Assembly (NCBI RefSeq): GCF_000150275.1
Contig: NW_002060943.1
Coordinates: 670,239 to 734,238, forward strand
Length of the DNA: 64,000 bases
Source: Trichoplax adhaerens
Lineage: Eukaryota; Animalia; Placozoa
Reading direction: 5' to 3'
Below the pieces are notes generated by a model. It saw only the letters and a list, made by a program, of their open reading frames with translations, made no database searches and was not told the origin of the DNA. Position 1 is the stretch's first letter. The number at the start of each line of letters is the position of its first letter. Positions 37,214 through 51,600 of this stretch are shown here, piece by piece. The translations under genes and the position numbers were made by a program.

Positions 37214-38455
37214 GGTGAGTGCGTGGGTCAGATATGTTCCACATAGCTAACAATGGAGAGTTACTATAAGATTGGAGAAATGCGGTATGTATATCAGGAT
37301 ATGTCATATACTATATGAGTGAGTGGGTCTCAATGTTCCACATAGCTAACAATGAAAGTTACTATAAGATTGGAGAAATGCGGTATGTATATCAGGATAT
37401 GTCATATAAGTGAGTGGGTAAGATTGTTCCACATAGCGAACAATGGAGAGTTACTATAAGATTGGAGAAATGCGGTATGTATATCAGGATATGTCATATA
37501 AGTGAGTGGGTAAGATTGTTCCACATAGCTAACAATGGAGAGTTACTATAAGATTGGAGAAATGCGGTATGTATATCAGGATATGTCATATACTATATGA
37601 GTGAGTGGGTCTCAATGTTCCACATAGCTAACAATGAAGAGTTACTATAAGATTGGAGAAATGCTGTACTGTATGTATATAGTATTGTCAAACACCACTA
37701 GTGACAAAGTAGTCTACACACGCCAATCCTTGCGGAGAACGCCACTTACTAACTTAAAGAGGCGAGATTATCTATATCACCAAATAATTCAGTTCCAACG
37801 ACCGAATACTGTGGTATAATTATAGCGTCACAGATAGTGTAGACGAGAAAGTCAGAGATTTACTATCATTTAATACTGAAGAAATCTCGGCACCCAAGAT
37901 TATAGTCTTTACAATTAAATATCAATTGAAAAACTAGTTGACTATCCAACCGACTAACTAACCAACTAAAAAGGAATCTTCAAGTATATATTATATAAGT
38001 GAGTGGGTAAGATTGTTCCACATAGCTAAAAATGGAGGGTTACTGTAAGATTGGAGAAATGCTGTATGTACTGTACTGTATAGTAGTATATATTATAATG
38101 AGTGAGTGGGTAAGATTGTTCCACATAGCTAAAAATGGAGGGTTACTGTAAGATTAGAGAAATGCGGTATGTACTGTATATATTATATGAGTGAGTGGGT
38201 AAGAATGTTCCGCATAGCTAAAAATGGAGAGTTACTGTAAGATTAGAGAAATGCGGTATGTACTGTAATATTGTCATATATATATATATTATATGCATGA
38301 GTGTTAAATGAGCACATTATCGTAAACCGTCAGCAAAGCGACGGGAGTTTGCACTAGTATATATTATATGAGTGAGTGGGTAAGAATGTTCCACATAGCT
38401 AAAAATGGAGAGTTACTGGTAAGATTGGAGAAATGCGGTATGTACTGTATATATA
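37214..38455 (+). repeat. ~90-100-bp unit in 9 copies (5 + 3 + 1), probably Helitron-derived
   Basis: gagtgagtgggt....tgttccacatagctaa.aatggagagttact.taagattggagaaatgcggtatgta occurs near 37215, 37317, 37409, 37501, 37599, 37997, 38100, 38189 and 38370. Confidence 0.93.
38327..38357 (+). mobile_element. Helitron-like 3' terminus (GC-rich hairpin + CTAG followed by T)
   Basis: Hairpin ccgtc(a)gc-aaa-gcgacgg at 38327-38344, then 9 nt, then CTAG (38354-38357) followed by T. This is the canonical Helitron 3'-end geometry. No Rep/helicase ORF is seen. Confidence 0.6.
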
Positions 38456-38619
38456 TTTTACACTATCAACTTTCTAGTACAGTAAGCTCCGCGCTTCAAA
38501 TCAGGCGAGTAAGCTACTTGATCTGTAATTTTCTTTTGAAATAGAAACTTGAAAGCAAACAGATAGCATGGCGCTGGCACGCAGTTAAGAATTGACTTCA
38601 CTACACAATGCTGTAGAAC

Positions 38620-38770
38620 TGTACAGTGTACAGTAGACCATAGTAGAATAGCAAAAGTTGTTTAAATCATTGCTTACCCTCTCAGTTACGGTTAGGGTTA
38701 GAGTGGAGAGGGGTAAGCAATGATTCAAACAACTTTTACTGTTCTCCTATGGTCTACTCTACATTGTACA
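38620..38770. mobile_element. Fold-back / MITE-like element with ~60-bp inverted arms; TA-flanked core 38631-38759
   Basis: The left arm tgtacagtgtacagtagaccatagtagaatagcaaaagttgtttaaatcattgcttaccc matches the reverse complement of the right arm with 6 mismatches. Ends read ta|CAGTAGACC...GGTCTACTC|ta, resembling Tc1/mariner/pogo-type ends with a TA duplication. Confidence 0.72.
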
Positions 38771-41628
38771 AGTGTACATGGATTACTAGAAAGGAGACCT
38801 GAAACAGGACTCTTCACTCTTGAACGGACAGAACTGTCGCCTTCATTTCGTCAAAATAGTGTTTCAAACACTTGCTTACTGTAGAACATTACTTTAGTCA
38901 GCAGACCACCGATTTGAAAGGGACTGATTTTTTCTAAATGAAGTAATATGGCGTTGATTCTTGTTATCCATTTCTAAATTCTGCTTGCAAACAGTACTGT
39001 AAGATCGTCGATGTTATTTCAATTAGTAACTAGTGATTTCCAAAATAGACAGGGAAGATCCATACTAAAAATTGGAAGTAGCCATTTTTCCATATTGATG
39101 GCCTCATTCGGGAAGAAAAATCCGTCTGTCTGAAGGAGTGGTCAGTCGAGGTCTTTCTAGTTCTCACTGCTGGCGAAGATCGGAATGAAATACACAGTTA
39201 GTTTGGACATCTTGCGTCTGCTTTCTCGGCAGTATAGTACTGATTTTAACGCATTTATAGTTAATATGACTTATTTAAGCTATAATTTTATAGATTATAG
39301 TCAATTTTAACCCAAGATTGTTTAATAAACAAGAGTAGAGTAGCTTAGTAAATCGTCAAACGACATACCAGAGTAACAACGTCCGCTGATCGCATATCCT
39401 TAAATGCTACGGAAAAGGCTACGCATCTTCAATGCATTTGTTGCATAATGAAGATATACAGCCGTTTCAGCGGCATTTTTTGGATATGGCACGGGAAAAT
39501 GGTTAGGTCTACTGGCTATAGTACGTTCGCTCTACAGTATAGGGTCTACAGACAGCTCGACTTGCAACTCGAAATGTAAATAAGCAACGAGAATATTGCA
39601 CAGACACTATTCGTAACTTAATTGGATCTTAATTTACGCTAATCGATAAATACTGCCGCTCAGTTAGTCTTGAACTCAAACAGGCAACAGATCGAACTTG
39701 CAAGATTGTTTTGCTCTGATCTAGTCGACGTAGAGATACTCAACGAATGGCGTGTCGACTTCATCAATAATACGCGCATACCCGTAGAATGAATTAATTC
39801 ATTAAACGATATCGGTAGCTTAATTTGCAGACCAGATGAAAGTAAACTTTACTGCAATAATAGTGTTTGAAAGATAAGCCATCATTAAAATTAGAATCAA
39901 TGCATTAAGCTTACATATATATGAATAAACTGTAATTGATGATACGCATAATCATAGATAATGGCCATATTACTTTTTAGCCATGCCAATAAAACTGAAA
40001 AGTTTGATTGGTTAATAGTAACTAATATTTCTTATGGTATCATTTACAATGATACATTACAGCCGGATGAAAAATGGACATTTCGGCCAATAGGGATTTA
40101 TATCAAGTCAAATAAAATGGATAATTAAATAAAATTTTTGGAAACCAGTCTTATGCACCAAATATAATAGTAAGAAAAAATTTCTGATTTAAAATGTCTA
40201 CTATCAGACAGTAAATTATGCCATAGTATTAGTGGTGTTGACAAAGAGCATTGATATAAATGCTGGCAATGCTAAATGCCATCATGATGCCCCCCAAAAA
40301 AACACAGTAGTCCACAATGTTGTTTATACCGACAAATAAAAGGCAATATAATCAATAATCATAAATAAGAATATTTAACCTTAGCTTTGCAACCGTGTTC
40401 AATCAGTAAGATTAATTCAGTTTACTTTTAATACCGTATACATATATATATATAGAGAGAGAGATAGATTTTAAGATATAACAAAGTGATGTGGTTATGA
40501 CCCAAATTGAGTGAATGATATAACTGAACGCTTAAATTAAATCACAGGATCAAATAAAATAAAATATCATCAAAATATCAACAGCTATAGGCGATGGCCT
40601 GTGGAACGACAAACATTTTTATAGAGCTAAACAGATAGTGTGCATAAGTCATATCATTATTCAATAAAATGGAAATGAGATTAATATAATCATCATTTTA
40701 TATGCATGTATAACAGATATTTTGATATGGATATTTACATGTTTATGTGGATAAATTGATCATAACGAATTTAGATGGAGAGTATCATTTATCAATATTA
40801 GCAATAACACATCCACAAATTATCATAGCAGTATGAATTCGGTGTGAAATACTGATCTACTTTTATAATGCTGTATAATAGTATATAGCTACTTGAAAAG
40901 CAGAAAGCAACCAAAAATAGTTATAACAGTAAACTCAAAATAGAACAAAGCATGTTGACCATAAGACTGGATAATAAAGGAAATAGGCTTCCACACTGGC
41001 AATTTCCTGCCGAAAAATTAAAAGATTAATAATAAGAAATCTATTATTAAACATGGAATTTGTATATGATACAAATCTTTCTCGTACAATCAATTGGACA
41101 GTTTATACTCGTAAAAAGGAATAATCAGTCAACAGTATATACCATATCCAATTGATGATAACTATGATTTATGTTAGCAGGTAAGTAATTTGTGTCTGCT
41201 ATAATCAATATACTGTAATGTAATGGCTAAATAAAATAAGAATTTCAATATTTGCATACTATATAAGTTAAGAATATATTCATGATAGAATAGCAAATCT
41301 TCTTTCAGCATAACTAAAAGCTGTGATTGTAGAATATTTGAGGTGATCAAGTTATAATGGCACTCAACTTGCTGAAATTAAGACAAATAATAATACCATT
41401 AATGTTGATACAGCTGTAACAAGACACCGCACAACATAAAAACTTTTAAGTCTTCCTTCATAAACAGAATAATTCGTTGCTTCGAGAAGCAAACCCAGGA
41501 ATAGCATAACTGATTGCCATTATAACTTGTAACATAAATCTGGCTCAATAATTTATATATTAAGTTAAATAGATTGACAAATAAATAGTTAGATACGCAG
41601 TTGCATACACAGATGAACAGGTAGCTAA

Positions 41629-41681
41629 ATAGATAGATTGACTGATTGATAGATAGATTGATTGACAGATAGATAGACAAG

Positions 41682-41723
<42 letters not shown>

Positions 41724-41794
41724 TGTAGATAGACAAGTAGATAGGTAGGTAGATGGATAGACAAATCGACGGATAGATAGATTGACAGATAGAT
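41629..41794 (+). repeat. (GATA)n compound microsatellite
   Basis: Pure TAGA run at ~41682-41723 with degenerate GATT/GACA flanks. It accounts for the low-complexity YLSI ORFs on the minus strand. Confidence 0.95.
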
Positions 41795-42684
41795 AAATTG
41801 GGTAAATATTTTTTATGTACACTTATATTTATAGACAGATAGATCCATTGATTTGTTACCATACAGGAATATATATTTTTAATATAACTGTTTCTAAGAC
41901 TCAAAGCACATGCAATATTTTGCGTGTGTACGCGCATTATTTCATTATGTAAAAGGAAATGAGATAGATTTAAAATTTAGAAGGTTCACTAACAATAAGA
42001 AAAAATAGAAAGCCATGTTTACAGGGCATAAAAGAAGAATATCGACAGAAAAATTTAAATAATAGTCTATACAGCTGAAATTATGATCAAGACTTTTGGT
42101 AAGACATATAATTGGATACATGCAAGCCTTTCTATATTTCTTGCTAGTATAATACTCAAGAAGAATGATATTATTAGAATAACAAATAAAATATTGATTC
42201 TTTCTTTCATTTGTAAGTGCAATAAATCAAGAATAAAGAATGATAGTTTATGAAGATGCAGATGGCAATATTATTTTACTGCCATTAAATGTTAAAATAA
42301 AGTTTTATAACGGTTGCAAAGCATCATGTTTAATCACACATCTAATAATATGCCATCAACTTGAGCTTGAATTAATAAACGGAATCATATTGATACAGCA
42401 ATTAGTAGGATGCAAGTAGGCATTGATAAGTACCATCATTGGATATTTTCACCATTTGGAACGCGATTTATATTCGCTTTAAGCTCACTATTTCTACGTG
42501 GCTTTATCTGATGATAGGAAATTCTTGATTTGACTTGGCAATCATTCTTGTTTATAAACACACTTCATCTACCATAATCAAAAGCTGATTTTGGAAATAC
42601 ATTCGCAGAAGGATATAGATATGATAGCAAGTGTAAGAATGTGAGATGTTAAGGGTGCCCTTTGAAAGTAATCGTAACTTCCCA

Positions 42685-45600
42685 TTAATAGTAGTTACCG
42701 CCACATGATGCCCAACAAGGCCCAGGTAATCTTGGTAGTGGTGGATAAGCCAAACTTGGTTGTTGCGATATGGTATGGAATCCGTTCAGATATGGATGAT
42801 ATAATGCAGTTGTATTATGCAATGATGGGGGTGGAGCTCGATAAGCAGTCATTGTGGGATAATGATAAACCTCTTTAGCAACGATGTTTGCGTCAAAATT
42901 AGGCAATTTAATATTGGTTACACCTTGACTTTGTTGACTAAGTTGTACCAAGCTATTAAAGTCGAATTTGTATGCGTATCGCTTGCCATGGATTTTCGTC
43001 ATAATATTCTTCTCGTAATAATAACGAAGCGCACGACTTAATTTATCGTAGTTCATGTTGGGCTTGCTTTTACGTTCACCCCAACGTCTTGCTACTTCAT
43101 CAGGATCACGCAATTGAAATTCACCATTGGTTCCTTCCCAACTAATGCAAGAACTGTTCTGATTGTCATTCAGTAACTCCAACAGGAACTGCCACAATTG
43201 GATTTGACCACCTAATGATGAGAACGTAACAATTATATTAATATATACAGTAGTTAAAATTGCTTATTTAGTATGCTATATGCAATAACCATAAATGAAT
43301 TTTTAGCTACTTATTTCATATACATAGTTTCATATACACAGTTTCATCAACCAAAGCAGCAAACTATTTAACAACGTATACTTGATCTATTGTCCACTAC
43401 TACATTTGTAATTGGATTTTTGGGATATTGATATAGTATATTTAAAAAATGCTTAGATATATTGCATATAAGTTCATATTGACCTTCTATTTAATGAAAC
43501 AAATTTGACTATAGCTCCATTTTTATCTTTATTATATTATACATTAAAATTCGTAAATAGGTTTCTTGATTTTAGTAGAAATAAATCCGGTAACCGTGGA
43601 ACTTTATCATTTGCCAAATATACTATAATCAGTTGGCGAAAATTAATATGAGATTTGAAATGAAATAAATCGGTAGTATCAAAGGAATTAAAATTCGATG
43701 AAGTTCTTGGATAACAAAATTCGTCATATTTATTAATAGCTCAATTGTGATATTGACTTAATAAAATTAATTAAGATCATAACTGGCTAAAAAATTATCA
43801 AATAATGTAAAGACGTATTTGCTTAGATGTCAATTTGCTCTTATTAAGTTAACTTTGAATAAGCCTTTACATTCAAAACTCATGTTGATAGCCTCAAATA
43901 GAGGCTCAAATGTATTTATGAACTATTTTATCATGCTTTACCAATATGTAAAAGTAGTTGTGAATTTAAATTAATTTACAATCACAATTGAGAGATGTAT
44001 TGATCTCAGGTAATTATAGTAGTAGTAATAGCAGGAGACTATTACTTGGTTATTACAATTTAGGTTTAAGATAACTGAATTGGACACAAATTTTTGAAAT
44101 ATCCAGTATTCGAGGCTAGCAACTATAGTGCATAAAATTTCATTGTTACATTACTATGCATATATGATATACTCAGTGATTCATGTCATAAACTTATCAG
44201 TTTTTTAGCTTAACAATCTGACAGAAATAAATTAAATTATGAAAATGTTACTATGGAAGCAATGACGTTGATTATCGTATGATTTTTAATTAGAGATTGG
44301 AAAAGAATCGTAGAAAAAAAAGACAATCGTCAGAAAATTTACGAGATTTAGCAACTTTACTATTCCATATTCTGTAGTTCGCTCAATAGACAATTAGTTA
44401 AAGTTTATACTTTGGGTAGTTGTCTATCTTTTTTACTAAAATTTTATAAATCCGGACTGAAGCAAATTGATATTGAATCTATTTTTAAAGCGATGACGTT
44501 ACTACGGATTTAAATAACTCAGAATATAGAACATTAGGTAATTTTTTTATAGATCAGTAATTTGTAAGTACCCATTTGTTAGTAAGGCCAGACTTAAAGA
44601 ATGAATATTGAATATATATTTGAATAGTGCAATAATAATTTGCTTGGCATTGGCAATGCAATAAACACACAAATCTATGAACGCGTGTAATAATTAAAGG
44701 CTTTCAATACACGATTCCTATTATGTAAAGATGCCACAAATATTTTTCATCATTTCGTCTGCAATTAAGTTAGCAATTTTTTAAAAAATACTTTCATATT
44801 CGATAATAAATTATGTGATTATTTTACGCCGGATATAAAAACTGTATACTCAGCAATCTATTGAGTAAGAGCAACTATGGCGAAACAGATCATACAATTG
44901 TACTTTACATCTAAATATAATTCTCATCCAACTAATACAATTTTGTGATCTTTAACTGTGATCATCATTTACTCGATTTTAACATGTGGATAAATGAGTA
45001 TTAGTAGATCACAACAAATTATTAACTTCTTTAGTGAGGTAGTTACACTTTTTTCTTTGCTTACTGCCTAGATCCACCTTTTTAATTAATTAACTGGTTT
45101 ATGTCAACGGATAAAATGTAATTGTCAATTAATTATTAATATAATTAATTAATAAGTAGTGTATTGCCGAAACAAGGCATATATTATGTATAATTTTCTC
45201 TGTTAATTAAGAACGTAATCGTTCGACTGAAGCAATAATTGGCATATAAGAGAGTACGTAGAGTATCGCTTACACTATTAAATTATGCATACAGATGTAT
45301 TAATTAATTACGATCCTTGCTATCATAATAAATTCAGTAGATAAGAATTCACATTGAGTTTTCGTTAATGAAAATTACTAAATATCGGCGTAAAAGATAG
45401 CATACCGTATATAAAGTAGATCTACTCTAATAGTTGAATCCAGTACCGCTACTATTAAATTGAATTTTCTTAAATACTGCTAAATATATAAGGTAGTCAT
45501 TATATCACAAAAATTTTAAAGTTTTACTATTGGGATAGTATGAGAAGATAAATTTTTCGATTGTAACATACAAGCGATTTGAATATACTTCGTACAGAAT

Positions 45601-48600
45601 AAAGTTAGTACGACGTTGAGAAATTCAATATTGCGCTGAAAAAGGCGCATATATGCAGCATTAGCAAATTGAATATGAATTGGTTATCAGAACTTAAAGA
45701 GGATTATGCAAATCCGATGAAACGGTTATCCTACTAACTCCTTGCTTTTATGTCTTTGATTTCCAATAGAAAGTACAGTTTTAAATAAGGTTTCTAAATT
45801 AAATGGCTTGGGTCAACAAGCGGAAGAAGAAAGCGAATGGCTTTTAATATTATGGCCAAGTAGAAATGTCACCGATATCACACACAATATTAATCGTTTA
45901 TAACTGATAGTCCTTTGACTTGAAAGCTAAGCGTCATTTGATATGCAAACAAAAGTATTTAATGGAGTAACTTTCATATTATCGGTTACTACTGTTATCA
46001 TGATATGAAGACGAGGCTAAGATTAACGTTCAATACTAGGAATCAGTAGTATTTTCACCATAAGTATTGTTGTTTGTAAAATTTTGTAGTGATAGCGTGG
46101 TTAACTGAAGTTGTTTATCTTCCATTTTCAATGTCAATCATGCCATAATTGTCAATAGCCAGTATATTAAAAAATAAATGACATGCATATAAACATGCAT
46201 TTATATTATTAATAAAATGTAGATTTTAAATAAAAAAAAAGATGGCAATACATTTTATGATTAATTAATTTCATGCCTCTGATGAGTTAATACAGCAGAT
46301 GATCAGTCAAATTATTAACGCTATATTATTCACTTATTTCTTACATTGACGTATAGGCATATGTATACGTATATATGCGTATTATATATAAATTATCGAT
46401 GATCATAATGCATTATAAAGGCGAGTCAAAGAATGTGGAAGACTGACGGAATAGATATACTCTGACAATAAAGGTAAATCTATAGTTAATCATACAGGAG
46501 AAATTGAAATGAATAGCGGCCATAAAATGAGAAAAGGCACCTGCATTAGATTTAATTTTTGGATATAAATAGTAACATTAAATTACTCTTGGGATAATAT
46601 TCATTAAAAAATATTAAAGGTATTGATATTAACTATGAGAATCAAGTTTGGTTAAATATACCTTTATAATGATCTACTCTATTATAATTCTAAATTTCCT
46701 GACACAGTTTAATTTAATTTAGACTCGCTTCCTTCCTATATAGCAATACAGCATTCAATCAATTGGTCCTTTTAAAGTATCAACAAATACTGAGAACAAT
46801 ATGAGCATGATACTGTATCGTAAATGTTGTAACAATCGCAGGTAAAGAATAGAAATCTGCCAGCTCAACTCCCACACTCTCCCTATCCTTTCCTTTGAAC
46901 ATTTTTCTGGCATTTTTAATCTGCTGCATTTTTGGGGAAGAGAGGGAGTAATCTATGATAACTGATCTTATGTATGGCTAAAAGTAAGGCAAACTATTGA
47001 CTAAATTTTCCTTTTTTCTATAGCTAAATCAGACTAGAAAATTATCACTTGCCGGTTATAATTAAAATTTAAAAGAGTAAAAATATATCATTAAGAACAT
47101 GTTGAAAAAAGAATGTGATTGAACGCCATTTTTTTCGCTTAGTTGGGTACTATTAATAATATCGGTACTCTACCAGATGTTGTTTTTTTAAACAGTTATA
47201 AATCTAAGTATTTTTGCTTTAATCTGATACCACTCAATCTAAATAAGTACTTTTCAACAAAATTGCTATTTACCCATAGTATCTAAAAAGTTGCGCTTCT
47301 AGATATTTTCGTAATATAGAAATAGTGAATAGAAAACTAGTATTATCAATTTAAATAATTTTTTTGACATTAATTTGAGATTATTAAAGCTAAGCTATCA
47401 ATTCTATATTGAAATATCCAAACTTATGGAAGGGATAATAAAATAGAAGAGATGACAATAAAAATACGGATGATAGTTGATAACACTAGAGTTTAATTTC
47501 ATCGCTGTTACATTAACACGTTAAAAGACTTTTTTTACGCTAATTCCGATAATTTACTTATTGAAATAGGGCAAGAAGAGATTTAGATTAGGAAATCAAG
47601 GCGCAATAAATAAAAAAATTTCCTCGTAATATCGGTTGTATTGCTGGAGAAATAAAAAATCCTTTACAAACCGTTATTATTGGAACGATTGCCACTGCCA
47701 TTTGGATTAGAGCCACCGCCGGTACTGGAAGGTGATTCAGCAGGACTAGCTGGTTTTGACGATGGTGATGAGCTGACTTCTGGATTGGAAAACATAACGT
47801 CGAGAATGGTCATGAAAAATAAGTTTGAGGAGAAAAATTGAATTTTAAAAGAGAAATACAAGTGTATTTAATAGTAACAAGTATAGAAGAAAGATTTTAC
47901 TGTTACAAAAAAAGTGATAAAATGATATTAAGGGATAGGTTCAGTACTACTTATAACATGAAAATAACAACAACAATAATAACGCCAACGTATATGATAT
48001 ACGTCGGATCTAATGAATAAGGAAGCAATCGATCAGGTGAAGATCCATAGGATTGTAGATCATTTTCTTTTGTGGTTGTATTGTATTCAATACGAATTAA
48101 AATTGAATGAAATCCATCTATCAACTCTGGTAATAAGTAGAGTTATGGAATAATTTTCCAATCTTCTGATTGGACTAATATTATTGTCGTCATTGGATGG
48201 CTGGCAAAACGTGATAACAGCTATAATTGTAAAGACTGTAGAAGAGTCCATCATAGTGCTTGATATTCAATAGCAACTATGTCTAGCTCTTACATAATTA
48301 AAGAGTGATGACAATTAAAAATTTTCCCTCATTGGCATTAGATTATTTCAACTCTATTGATACGCTGCATACATCATCAAAAGTGTAAAAGGGGACTTCA
48401 AAAATGTATGCATAGAATAGTAGGATAGAGCCATCGGCTACGTCATACGGTCACCTTTCTATAATCAAATCTATAAAAAGTGCTATTAAAGAATGTGAAT
48501 CAATAGTCTTGAATTCATCTTTATTTTATAATTTTACGGGGTTATTATTGTTATTGTTTTTCATCATATATTCAATTGATTTTGTGGCCAATTCTATTGC

Positions 48601-51600
48601 TATACTGTGAAAAATGGCATGGTCAAAGTCATAGTAGAATGCAATAGGGTTGCCTTTCAGTGCTGGTGATTTTTATATTTTGAGTACTAGTAATAGATCT
48701 GACTTCCAAGATAAATTATTGAAAGTGCCTAACCTTTTACGCTAGGTATTATTAATTTATATACTAGTCCTGCATATAGCAGTAATTTTCAAGATGTTTT
48801 TTTTCTATTCACTACCCTGCTTTCTACCTTCATATTTAATTCTTAAGAATAATTACAACTTTGTATTGGTTGCAATGCCGATGATCATCTGTATCATTCC
48901 GTACCATTTTTTCCCCTCTAGATTATATCATCACATGAAAGTAATCATAACGCCGCTAGCCTATTTCTTAAAATAAATCTCTGTTTTAAGGGATCAATCA
49001 TTACTAAGCTATGCATTATAAAATAGCGGAATATACATTGAAAAATGGAAATCCGTTATATAGAAAGCAACTTGACTTGATATCCTGTACTATCATTTGT
49101 AACCATAATTTAATAAAATGATAATATAGACATCAAAATAGAAGCTAATCCCTGCGCTTGCAGGCGAGTAAATAGTCTACTACACTAGCGTAAATAATAA
49201 GACTGCAACTACATTAAAATAAAGAAAAATATAGAAATCCTGGCTTATTATCTAGTCTTCTGCAGGAATGTGTTCCTTGCTGATCTATTACACTCTTTTG
49301 AGGCTTATTTTCCATTTTAGTACAAGAGAAAATCAATGTTGATAGTGTGAGTCAGATAGAAAACCAATTGATTATGATATACAAAAAATTTACCCTTGTG
49401 TACAGATAATAAATGTGCTGGACAACAAGTTTTAAAATTCAGCAGTTGACAATCCAATCTGGAATTATTTAAGTATAAAACGGGTATAATAGATCCACCT
49501 ACGTACTTTATTTGCATTGACGACGGGTAAGGTGATGAAGTTGGACAATGTAATAAAAAACTTATACTGTTTTATGTTCAGCGTTTCCAAGAAACGCTGA
49601 ACATTACTATAATTAATATAATCAACTTGCCAACGAAAGGAAGATACAGACGCGTACACACAAAAGAAAAACATAAAAAAGAAAAAAATTAGCCAAAAAT
49701 AATATAAATAATATGAAAAATAATCGCGATAGTCGCCTGATTTTAAGCATGACTATTACTCTTTGGATGGGTAATATTGTTATTTACTTCTGTACCGTAC
49801 TTATTCCTAATACTGTCGTAGCACTATAGAATGAATAGATAAAATTAAATGTCTATAGAAGGTGGAATTTTCCCAAAAGAGGGGGAAGAAAATCGACAAA
49901 AAATGTCAATTTAATACGAATACGCCTGATATAATGGATTATATTTTTACCATTTGTTCCGTTGAATAATAATGCGTACATTGCTAAATAATCAAGCAAA
50001 ACTTTAGCACTATGATAAAATAACGACCCAAATTACTGATTAAAAACAATCGAGTAAGAAAAGGTAGCGATTGTTAACGATCATTATGACAAGCATTATT
50101 CGTCCTTGGTTAATGTCAAAATTTTTACTCCATTTAGCTAGAACCCAATTTGTATTCCAATGGATTAGTCATTGCAAATGATACAATAATTTAGGAAGTG
50201 TGCTGTCGCGTCTAACTTTTTTATAAATCTTGCTACAAAAGCTTAAGCTACTCAATAGAATTGTATCGATTAGATGATTCACCAGTTCATCAACCGGAGG
50301 ATAACTGGCAATCATTAAGTCTATCTAATATCTCTTTAATAACTCTTTTGCATATGACAATTTAAGATTGCCTTCTAGAATAACTCTAGTGATAATACTG
50401 CGACGGTTGCATCAATGTTGTTATAAGTATCATACAATATCCAATTCAAAATGGTAGTATCTTTCTATTTTGCTCATATGCAATTGCAGCCAAAAATGAT
50501 TTGCTTTTTAATTGATGCAAGATGATGCAAGGGGATTTTAGCGTAGGATAACAGATGAAAACAAGTTATTAAATTTAACTAGAAAGTCTATATATCTATA
50601 AATATATTTATATTTTACTAGTCATTTGCGTTGTAGGATCTACATAGTCTATATTTACAAAATTAATTTGACCTACTTTTCTATTGATAACCAATTCATT
50701 AATTGTTAACTCAATAGAAAAGGATAGCAAATTTTAACCAAATGATTCAAAAGAGAAAATACGAGTTTGAACTGGGTTATAATTGGATACAGTCATACAA
50801 GGCCTACTAAAAATTGTAGGCTTTAAAAATCTACATCAACAATCATTAATAGTTTTTAGAATATAGATTGTTGGCGACAACCAAGTTAGCCAAGGAAATT
50901 GAATAACAGTGTAAATTATTGTATAAATCAGGCGAGTGTTAACGAATGGTAGTTAGCGCTGACATTCATTTTAAATTTGCCGACATTAATGGGGTAAAGT
51001 TTATTACATATTATAGCGATATTTCGTTATTTCTGTTAGGTCTACTTCAAAAAAATCTGTCCTTCCTTTCTAAAACTTAGGATTGGGTAATAATATAAAC
51101 CAGTCCATCATATTTAATATCATATTAATTCTCTCAGATGTATTAAAGAAGTGAAAATTATAGGTATCGTTTCGAAATCGTACAAAGAGAGTAAAATTTT
51201 GTCTTGCAGACTCAAAAGTTATTTGTATCTCTTTCTACGAATGAAAATATGAACTAGAAACTAGTTATGTTAATCATATCAATAGTTATTCAGTCATGAC
51301 CTTTAATGAATTTGGACGACGCCGCCTCATTAAAAATTAGATGTTATTGTTTTAAAACGAAAGTGCAATAGATTTCCATAGAAATCTGAGTCATCGCTTT
51401 ACAATGCGGAAGACAGAATAGTTTATCGGAATAGCAGAATAACGCTTTGGAGCTACGTTCTCATATCTAACAGTGTATGTATATATATATATATTTAATT
51501 TAGATGCTTTTCAATTTTATACACCCTATTGAGCGAAGAAAAATATCGCACAGGGTAATTTTATTAAAACAGCTGAAAATATTTCAAGAAAATAGTTCCT

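Noticed and set aside
41399-41937. Three overlapping YLSI-rich ORFs
   Set aside because: They are artefacts of the (GATA)n microsatellite.
48003-48225. Possible additional exon of the ERG-type gene
   Set aside because: The open frame ends in phase 2 and does not join the phase-1 acceptor at 47779. The other frames contain stops.
49151-49190. Small hairpin cctgc-gctt-gcagg followed by a CTAG, as a second Helitron end
   Set aside because: The stem is only 5 bp, the CTAG is ~20 nt away and followed by C, and there is no associated repeat.
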